Notes under the pieces: model-generated
Databases searched by the model: none
Told to the model about the DNA's origin: nothing
What the model saw: the letters and a program-made list of their open reading frames with translations, nothing else
Virus record (IMG/VR): IMGVR_UViG_3300037279_000046
Length of the DNA: 54,444 bases
Direction: 5' to 3' (one strand)
From: a virus
Taxonomy: Duplodnaviria > Heunggongvirae > Uroviricota > Caudoviricetes
Translations under genes and position numbers: made by a program
Shown: piece by piece, positions 7,997 to 13,666 of the stretch
Numbering within the stretch: position 1 is the first letter of the stretch
Layout of the letters: every line of letters begins with the position of its first letter

Positions 7997-8161
7997 TGCT
8001 TGCTCCTTTGTTATAAGTAAGTATAAGATCAGGACACTTATTCATGTCTTTCAATGAAAGAGGCGAGCTCGCGTTGCTCCACTTAAGGACTGCGATTCAC
8101 CATTCATGTCCCGTCTTATAATGGTCTATAGGTTCAGGCAATGCCCCAAGCTGAGGCACTA

Positions 8162-8202
8162 GGCGTAGCAGTGTCAGTAGGCGACTAAGCCTACTGACAC
8201 TG
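8162..8202 (-). other. 14-bp perfect hairpin with conserved ACTGACACTGCTACGCC 3' arm
   Basis: CAGTGTCAGTAGGC-gactaa-GCCTACTGACACTG, just after stop of 8209..8331. Confidence 0.7.
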
Positions 8203-8208
8203 GACTAG

Positions 8209-8331
8209 TTAGAAGAGTGGTGGATTATTAGCGAACCACTCTGCTAGTTGGTTAGCAGTCGCCTCATCCTCAGTGACTGCATCATACTCATCAGCTTCTA
8301 GATATATCTCACTCGGTTGTGCTTCGTTCAT
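8209..8331 (-). CDS. 40-aa highly acidic peptide (not in ORF track)
   Basis: MNEAQPSEIYLEADEYDAVTEDEATANQLAEWFANNPPLF; SD AGGAGG and promoter motif at 8351. Confidence 0.7.
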   Translation of the reverse strand: MNEAQPSEIYLEADEYDAVTEDEATANQLAEWFANNPPLF

Positions 8332-8368
8332 ATGTCCTCCTGGTTATGTTTAGAATCAGGACTCAAGC

Positions 8369-8394
8369 GAGACCAGGACCGAAGTCCTGGTCTC
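8369..8394 (-). terminator. 11-bp hairpin with C(UUCG)G tetraloop downstream of 8407..8868
   Basis: Minus strand GAGACCAGGAC-TTCG-GTCCTGGTCTC; no U-tract. Confidence 0.6.
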
Positions 8395-8406
8395 AATGAA
8401 CACTGA

Positions 8407-8868
8407 TTACTTAGAGAACTTAGCAGCGAGATCAGCAGGCAGAGCAGAGAAGTCAACAGTCTTGGCGACCTTCGTTGCGTTCAGCTCAGCGACTCGTGCA
8501 TCGATGTAAGCTTGAACTTCAGCTTTCTCTTGATCAGTAGTCAGGGTCGTGATCAGAGCGCGCATCGCCTTCAGCTGGGGATCAGTCGAACCAGCGCGCG
8601 AGCCAGGGTTCTTAGCGGTATACTGAACACCACCGTTCAAGCGCTTGTCCTTGCGAAGCCAGTTGCTCTGTAAGCCAGACACATAACCCTTCAGGTCGCT
8701 ATCGCTCTTCTCAGTATCAATCTCGATCTTGCCTGAGCGGAAACCCTCAAAGAGGATCGCATTCACTTGAGCGCGCTGTTCCTTAGTAGGTGCATACACA
8801 CCGTCTTGCTCGCCCATGACATTGATGATAGCTGCGAATGCCGCTTCTTTTTGTGACATCTTGCTCAT
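8407..8868 (-). CDS. Early protein of unknown function, paralog B of 4978..5442
   Basis: Near-identical blocks with paralog A; SD GGGAGG; promoter motifs at 8922 and 8985. Confidence 0.85.
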   Translation of the reverse strand: MSKMSQKEAAFAAIINVMGEQDGVYAPTKEQRAQVNAILFEGFRSGKIEIDTEKSDSDLKGYVSGLQSNWLRKDKRLNGGVQYTAKNPGSRAGSTDPQLKAMRALITTLTTDQEKAEVQAYIDARVAELNATKVAKTVDFSALPADLAAKFSK

Positions 8869-9168
8869 AACATATCCTCCCAGATATTGACTCGGCTTAA
8901 TTGCCTCATCATGTTACTCATTAGTTTCAGATCGTGCATCATAACTTAGCAAAGTCTTTATCATTGCCTCGTTATGCTACTCTATAGGTTCGGGAAACTG
9001 GCGCCCGCTATCCTCAGCTTAAAAGGGAACCCCTATTTTCAGGTCGGTACCCGCCGTCATTACTCCGTGTACATAAGCTTTTTCCTATAAAACAGGCCCC
9101 GCCACCTTCCAACCCTAATAGGCACAATGTACCACCTGGCCCTTTTCTCTATAGGTATAATTTTTCTG

Positions 9169-9327
9169 ATGAAACTCACATTTGATTTCCTTAATGATGA
9201 TCTATATCTGGTCCCCGCCCACAAGCGGAACCTACTAGTACTACTCGCTACACTCAACATCATCAACATCACATTTGAAGACCGCTTCATCGTTAAATGG
9301 ACCAACCAGGACCAACTTAAATTATGA
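9169..9327 (+). CDS. Microprotein with LxxLLxxL[N]-type motif; probable leaderless start
   Basis: MKLTFDF...RNLLVLLATLNII; TATAAT 9156-9161 then 7 nt then ATG. Confidence 0.7.
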   Translation: MKLTFDFLNDDLYLVPAHKRNLLVLLATLNIINITFEDRFIVKWTNQDQLKL

Positions 9328-9545
9328 AGAAAAACCACCACGCCACCCTCACCAAGCGCCAATTCGAGGACTTCGCTCCTTACAAGGACAAAATCCAGAA
9401 CTCACAGGTCTACCGCTTTCACTCATCAGGCGCACAACTATCTGTCCGCGCCTCCGTCGCGGCCAACGGGCTCCACTACATCTCCACAAACATGGCCCCC
9501 GCTAGCCTCATAATAATCTTGATTAAACTGGGCCTTCACCTATGA
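9324..9545 (+). CDS. Microprotein with motif (SLIIILIKLGL)
   Basis: ATGA overlaps at both ends. Confidence 0.7.
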   Translation: MKKNHHATLTKRQFEDFAPYKDKIQNSQVYRFHSSGAQLSVRASVAANGLHYISTNMAPASLIIILIKLGLHL

Positions 9546-9700
9546 ATGACTACATGACTAAACTAAAACACTACTCTCAGCTCTACATGTTCCTCAAACA
9601 ATTGGGCCTATCCGCTCCACTCGTCATGAACTCCAACGACGTCCACAACATTCACTTTGACGGGCAGACCCTCTCCTACTCTGGGACCACATCATGGTAG
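9542..9700 (+). CDS. 52-aa microprotein with motif (QLYMFLKQLGL), not in ORF track
   Basis: MNDYMTKLKHYSQLYMFLKQLGLSAPLVMNSNDVHNIHFDGQTLSYSGTTSW; ATGA-coupled. Confidence 0.7.
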   Translation: MNDYMTKLKHYSQLYMFLKQLGLSAPLVMNSNDVHNIHFDGQTLSYSGTTSW

Positions 9701-9948
9701 TAGCCGAACGCCCACTCACCTGTCAAATTGAGATGAACTATGGAAACGTCGACATCTCGTTCGTGGTTCCTCATCGTGCTCACGAGTCCAAACTTCCGCA
9801 GCTACAACAGGCCCTCTACTCTTCGCTCTACCAGCGATTCATCGGGCAAAGACAGACCTCGGCCCGCCTCGATGAGATGCGATCGATCGTGGACTCGACG
9901 GCTCCACTTCTCTATCTACTCCTTCAACTTGGCGTGAGGATAGCATGA
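9694..9948 (+). CDS. Microprotein with motif (PLLYLLLQLGV)
   Basis: Overlaps both neighbours. Confidence 0.7.
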   Translation: MVVAERPLTCQIEMNYGNVDISFVVPHRAHESKLPQLQQALYSSLYQRFIGQRQTSARLDEMRSIVDSTAPLLYLLLQLGVRIA

Positions 9949-10094
9949 TCCACGTCCTTACTCCTGAGGAGTTCTCACACTTCGTCGACCTATGGAATAT
10001 CTTGGGTAAACTCAAGGCCATGCCGTCCTACAGCATCGTCTACCATCGGGACCGATCTGGCCGCTGCACCGAAGTACATGTGGAGTTCCCATGA
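9945..10094 (+). CDS. 49-aa microprotein with weaker motif (HFVDLWNILGKL), not in ORF track
   Basis: MIHVLTPEEFSHFVDLWNILGKLKAMPSYSIVYHRDRSGRCTEVHVEFP; ATGA at both ends. Confidence 0.65.
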   Translation: MIHVLTPEEFSHFVDLWNILGKLKAMPSYSIVYHRDRSGRCTEVHVEFP

Positions 10095-10264
10095 GCTACA
10101 TTCCTTGCTCGTGCGACGACCTCGTCGGAGCACCTATCACCGAGATCAATGTCAAGGCACTTCCGCTCATCAAGCTCTTGCATAAACTTCTCCACGGGAA
10201 CAGGCCTCACCGTCTTGACCCGTACTGGGAGCCGGACGACTACTATGACACAGGTGTATCGTGA
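10091..10264 (+). CDS. 57-aa microprotein with motif (PLIKLLHKLLHG), not in ORF track
   Basis: MSYIPCSCDDLVGAPITEINVKALPLIKLLHKLLHGNRPHRLDPYWEPDDYYDTGVS. Confidence 0.65.
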   Translation: MSYIPCSCDDLVGAPITEINVKALPLIKLLHKLLHGNRPHRLDPYWEPDDYYDTGVS

Positions 10265-10407
10265 GACTTCACGGCATCTCTATAGAGTTCAAAGACTCCG
10301 AGTATCGAGGAGTCAGTACTCTTCACTGCACGCGTGCTCTTCCACGGCTTCTGAACCTAATGTTTCAGCTGAACCTCATCAAGGGCTTCTCGGTGACCGA
10401 GCTATGA
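10261..10407 (+). CDS. 48-aa microprotein with motif (RLLNLMFQLNLI), not in ORF track
   Basis: GTGA/ATGA coupling; MRLHGISIEFKDSEYRGVSTLHCTRALPRLLNLMFQLNLIKGFSVTEL. Confidence 0.65.
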   Translation: MRLHGISIEFKDSEYRGVSTLHCTRALPRLLNLMFQLNLIKGFSVTEL

Positions 10408-10610
10408 GCTTGTTTCAGAAGTGGAGCCACTACAGGTATATTGGCGAGACCGACGATGAGTTCCGGACCCGTATCATCGGGGATGCGAACCAGCGCTTCA
10501 ACATGATCATCGTCTTAGCCAAGCTCGGTATTCAGGAAGCTAGAGATCAGCTGAGCAAGGCCGGAGTTGAGTGGGCGAGCGACAGATGGTTTAACGACGG
10601 CGGACGATAG
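10404..10610 (+). CDS. 68-aa microprotein with motif (NMIIVLAKLGI) and baseplate-like GETDDEFRTRI segment
   Basis: ATGA-coupled start at 10404 inside track ORF 10149..10610. Confidence 0.7.
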   Translation: MSLFQKWSHYRYIGETDDEFRTRIIGDANQRFNMIIVLAKLGIQEARDQLSKAGVEWASDRWFNDGGR

Positions 10611-10635
10611 CCCAAAGTTCTAGTATAATAAAGAT

Positions 10636-10929
10636 ATGGAATACTTGGCACTCTCAGCAAACGGTCAGTGGTCTTTACATAAGAACACTAACGACCACGA
10701 TGCAGACTCGGTTGCTCCGCACACAGCGGACACACGACCGTATGAAGTATTTCAAGGACACTCGATGACGGGTCAACTCGCAGTTGACCACGGCAGTCAG
10801 GGTACTCTCCACGATTTCGGCGGCGGTAGCCGACCGAAAGCAGAACACACCAAGCAAGCACGCATCGGACAACCGAATCACCCGGTAGACTCGATGTACA
10901 GTGATCGTCACCCGGGCGACGGCGAATAG
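10636..10929 (+). CDS. Hydrophilic His-rich protein starting MEYLALSANGQWSLHKN; probable leaderless start
   Basis: TATAAT-N6-ATG; low-complexity polar body. Confidence 0.65.
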   Translation: MEYLALSANGQWSLHKNTNDHDADSVAPHTADTRPYEVFQGHSMTGQLAVDHGSQGTLHDFGGGSRPKAEHTKQARIGQPNHPVDSMYSDRHPGDGE

Positions 10930-10941
10930 TATAATCGCCGC

Positions 10942-11190
10942 ATGGCGATTGTTCCAAAGACATTTGATCAGATAATGGGCGAGAGCATTGCTTCTTTGAG
11001 CAAGGCACTTGAGGTAGAGATGTTCTATGGACATCCACGCCCTGAGGAAAAGCTTTGCGGTTTGCTCAGCAAGCTTGGTATTAAGAGTGCTCGCAGCTTC
11101 AGCATGTTTAAGTTTGAAGGACTTGACACAATTTTGAAGTCTGTTACGTTTGATAGCACTCAGCTCAAACTATGGAAAGATATTAAGTAA
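10942..11190 (+). CDS. Microprotein with motif (KLCGLLSKLGIKSAR) and N-terminus resembling the baseplate wedge N-terminus
   Basis: TATAAT-N6-ATG; MAIVPKTFDQIMG versus MAIQIKSFNQILG at 32578. Confidence 0.7.
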   Translation: MAIVPKTFDQIMGESIASLSKALEVEMFYGHPRPEEKLCGLLSKLGIKSARSFSMFKFEGLDTILKSVTFDSTQLKLWKDIK

Positions 11191-11262
11191 CTTAGTTCTA
11201 ACTCATTATATTGCATCTGGCAAGGGGCCCCGTCGAAGCGCGGGCGCTTAGGAGAAATACGA

Positions 11263-11481
11263 ATGCTGACAAATATGTTCGATAGCACTTCCACTCTGAA
11301 GCTGTTTCGTATTCTGTATCAACTGAACATCATCACTGATTTTTATCATAAGAAACATGCATTTTCGGCTCTGACTAAAATGATTAACCCGCCAGAGCCG
11401 AAAGAGAACTGGATTAGATTCGCCAGCGTAAGTCTTCAGATAGATTATATTGAGCTAATACCGGTGACCAGACGTGGATGA
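11263..11481 (+). CDS. Microprotein with motif (KLFRILYQLNII)
   Basis: SD AGGAG. Confidence 0.7.
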   Translation: MLTNMFDSTSTLKLFRILYQLNIITDFYHKKHAFSALTKMINPPEPKENWIRFASVSLQIDYIELIPVTRRG

Positions 11482-11581
11482 TTACGTCGATCGACGCAAG
11501 TCAACCAAGCTAAAGATCTTACTCGCGAAGCTTGGAATCAAGAGCGCACGCCCTGCTGTTTCAAGCTTATCAGGTTACTAA
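11474..11581 (+). CDS. 35-aa microprotein with motif (KLKILLAKLGIKSAR), not in ORF track
   Basis: GTG start after SD GGTGA; MDDYVDRRKSTKLKILLAKLGIKSARPAVSSLSGY. Confidence 0.65.
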   Translation: MDDYVDRRKSTKLKILLAKLGIKSARPAVSSLSGY

Positions 11582-11620
11582 TTGAGTTGAAATGTGTAAG
11601 CTGCAAAAGAATCAGCTTGT

Positions 11621-11902
11621 CTACTTCTTGGCACGCTGAGACGACGTTAAGTCTTGAATATGGCGTTCAAGGGCCATCGACGCTTCAAAGTAAGCCTCGG
11701 CCTTTTCATAAGGTGTTAAACACCCTTTAGTAGAAGGATCATAGGATACAAGAGTGAGCTGGTAGCGAACTGGCCCACCGTCTTCTGAGAGTTGTATTCT
11801 CTTTGTAACGGTCTCAATAGTACCTATGACTCTAAGACGCCTCAATAGCATATAGACATGATGCACTGAAGTAACTTGATCGGACGTCAATCTGTTGAAC
11901 AT
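11621..11902 (-). CDS. Small protein with motif (HVYMLLRRLRVI)
   Basis: Overlaps end of 11887..12072. Confidence 0.65.
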   Translation of the reverse strand: MFNRLTSDQVTSVHHVYMLLRRLRVIGTIETVTKRIQLSEDGGPVRYQLTLVSYDPSTKGCLTPYEKAEAYFEASMALERHIQDLTSSQRAKK

Positions 11903-12072
11903 GCATCCTCTGCAATCATCTTGCCAAGTCGAGCCATATAGTCAGTCCAGGTTGCTGCCGCAGGTTCAAATGATGAGCGAATGCCAAGGTCACGAAGAAA
12001 ATACAATAGTCGGAAATGTAGTTCCAACTTCTGTAGATCTTGTATCTTCTGGTACCGCCCAATCCGCGTCAT
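11887..12072 (-). CDS. Microprotein with motif (RLLYFLRDLGIRSS)
   Basis: Track ORF; motif match. Confidence 0.7.
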   Translation of the reverse strand: MTRIGRYQKIQDLQKLELHFRLLYFLRDLGIRSSFEPAAATWTDYMARLGKMIAEDACSTD

Positions 12073-12080
12073 GTACCTAG

Positions 12081-12212
12081 TTATACTAGCTTCGACTTAT
12101 GTGTGTATAGCAATTTGGCAAGAAAGAACTTTAGGTCAATAGCATAGTACAGATCGATTGCCTCTTTATTGTTCTTGAAACGAATAACAACAGGGCGCTT
12201 TTGATCTTTCAT
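12081..12212 (-). CDS. 43-aa microprotein with motif (DLKFFLAKLLY), not in ORF track
   Basis: MKDQKRPVVIRFKNNKEAIDLYYAIDLKFFLAKLLYTHKSKLV; SD AAGGA. Confidence 0.65.
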   Translation of the reverse strand: MKDQKRPVVIRFKNNKEAIDLYYAIDLKFFLAKLLYTHKSKLV

Positions 12213-12241
12213 AAGTACTTCCTTTGATGAGGACCTAGTAC

Positions 12242-12517
12242 TTATATTTTATCAGGTTCTTCGGAAAGCATCTCTTCTATAAGCTTATCGCCTAGCTTTT
12301 GTTCGTATAGGTCTTTCAGCAGCTTATCGTATGTAGATGTTCTTAGGTTGTAGCCGTACTTCTGTTCCCGGCGCATTTTGTTCTTAGGTCCGCCTAGTGT
12401 GCCCTGAAGATAAGAGATATCGTCACAGCTTACGAAACGTAGTTCAGATTTGATCTTGTCAACAACTAGTTGTTCTCTTCTAATGTCTTCTGTGTCGAAC
12501 GCCATACCATCTCCCAA
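12242..12517 (-). CDS. Hypothetical protein
   Basis: Track ORF; partial motif YDKLLKDLY. Confidence 0.6.
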   Translation of the reverse strand: MGDGMAFDTEDIRREQLVVDKIKSELRFVSCDDISYLQGTLGGPKNKMRREQKYGYNLRTSTYDKLLKDLYEQKLGDKLIEEMLSEEPDKI

Positions 12518-12524
12518 GACACTC

Positions 12525-12626
12525 TCACTTGATCTTCAATAAACGATACATAAAAGTAATGAGATGATACTTCGCCTGATCTTGCTTATGTCGAAGGAAT
12601 AAGTCAGTTACTACTGCTTGTCCCAT
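12525..12626 (-). CDS. 33-aa microprotein with motif (HLITFMYRLLKI)
   Basis: MGQAVVTDLFLRHKQDQAKYHLITFMYRLLKIK; start overlaps end of 12611..12856. Confidence 0.55.
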   Translation of the reverse strand: MGQAVVTDLFLRHKQDQAKYHLITFMYRLLKIK

Positions 12627-12856
12627 CGATGCTGCTCGATGTCCAGGGGTTCCTGCTCGTCCACAAGAGCATGATGTGTTATGACATCCAAAGCCATTTT
12701 TGCTCTTTGTGCTGGTGACGGTGGGTTCGGGTACAGAAACTCCGGGAGACACATTGCTTTGAACGGACATACTTTACACCTTTGCGATTCCATGCACTTC
12801 CCGTCTAGGGAAGCAATCTGTTCTAAAATTGTTGAGTCATTTTTACTTAGTGCCAT
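12611..12856 (-). CDS. Small Cys-rich protein, paralog of 12843..13106
   Basis: ILEQIASLDGKCMESQRCKVCPFKAMC; SD GGAG before ATG 12856. Confidence 0.7.
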   Translation of the reverse strand: MALSKNDSTILEQIASLDGKCMESQRCKVCPFKAMCLPEFLYPNPPSPAQRAKMALDVITHHALVDEQEPLDIEQHRWDKQ

Positions 12857-13106
12857 CTGGCTCTCCAAGCAAATCATCAACAGCTTTATCAATCAGTATA
12901 CGTGAGGCGACTTCTTTATATTTAGCGTCGGCCTGCTCTTCAGATAGATCTTCTACCCCAAGGGCTTCCACACATGACAAGAATGAGCCGTTTGATTTCT
13001 TTTTGAGCTTAGACAACGGACAGGACTTACAGATGGACGGTTTGGCCCACAGGGTACAAGAGCCCTCGGAATCTACGATTTTCTTCAATATGTCCATGCT
13101 ATCCAT
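12843..13106 (-). CDS. Small Cys-rich protein, paralog of 12611..12856
   Basis: ILKKIVDSEGSCTLWAKPSICKSCPLSK...LSC. Confidence 0.7.
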   Translation of the reverse strand: MDSMDILKKIVDSEGSCTLWAKPSICKSCPLSKLKKKSNGSFLSCVEALGVEDLSEEQADAKYKEVASRILIDKAVDDLLGEPDGTK

Positions 13107-13170
13107 TTGTTTCAGATGATCCTAAAGAAGATTATACAGTACCTATTAACTAGGATGATATAATGTGTCA

Positions 13171-13662
13171 ATGGAAGAGACAAAGTATTGTCAGTACTGC
13201 GATAAGAATAAACCACTAGATGCATTTCAAAAGAGTCGTGCTAAGTGCAGACCTTGTAGAACTCTTGAGACCAAGAAGTGGAAACAAGAGAATTCTGACC
13301 AGCATTATCTATATCAAAAAGAGTATAAGGCAAAACGATATAAGTCGGATCTCAACTTTAAGATTAAGGTCATCTTAAGATCTCGTGTTCGTAAATTTCT
13401 CAAGAACAATTGGAAGAGTGGGTCGTCAGTCGACATGCTCGGTTGCTCTGTAGAAGATTTTAAGTTACATATAGAGTCAAAGTGGCAAGAAGGAATGTCG
13501 TGGGATAACTGGTCAAAACTTGGCTGGCATCTAGACCACATACTTCCTCTAGACTCATTCGATCTTTCTAAACCAGAAGATATGGCTAAGGCATGCCACT
13601 TCACGAATCTCCAACCGTTATGGGCTCTAGAGAATTGTATTAAGTCAAACAAGGTAGAATAA
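13171..13662 (+). CDS. Free-standing HNH-type homing endonuclease
   Basis: N-terminal CxxC..CxxC; WHLDHILP...CHFTNLQPLWALENCIKSNK; AT-rich; TATAAT-N6-ATG at 13171. Confidence 0.8.
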   Translation: MEETKYCQYCDKNKPLDAFQKSRAKCRPCRTLETKKWKQENSDQHYLYQKEYKAKRYKSDLNFKIKVILRSRVRKFLKNNWKSGSSVDMLGCSVEDFKLHIESKWQEGMSWDNWSKLGWHLDHILPLDSFDLSKPEDMAKACHFTNLQPLWALENCIKSNKVE

Positions 13663-13666
13663 AGCC

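Larger units (their letters stand above)
742..8994 (-). promoter_or_regulatory. Thirteen copies of putative early promoter motif YC[TC]GA-N3-TA (plus-strand positions 742, 3403, 3923, 5511, 6601, 6730, 6948, 7471, 8024, 8129, 8351, 8922, 8985)
   Basis: Nearly all intergenic and all facing leftward; TA lies 26-28 nt before the ATG in four cases (3377, 3896, 7444, 7996). Confidence 0.65.

Noticed and set aside
3520-8179. Possible CRISPR array from the Ala repeat or the 18-bp repeats
   Set aside because: No regular repeat-spacer periodicity; the 18-mers are 1-2 kb apart and no cas genes are present.
6600-9150. tRNA or tmRNA genes in the intergenic blocks
   Set aside because: No T-loop GTTCRA with a cloverleaf arrangement could be built by eye; tRNAscan-SE/ARAGORN would confirm.
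9060-10610. Track ORFs 9060..9362, 9275..9505, 9740..9937, 9839..10021 and the first 85 aa of 10149..10610
   Set aside because: They overlap the coupled chain of motif-bearing microproteins, which explains the region better.
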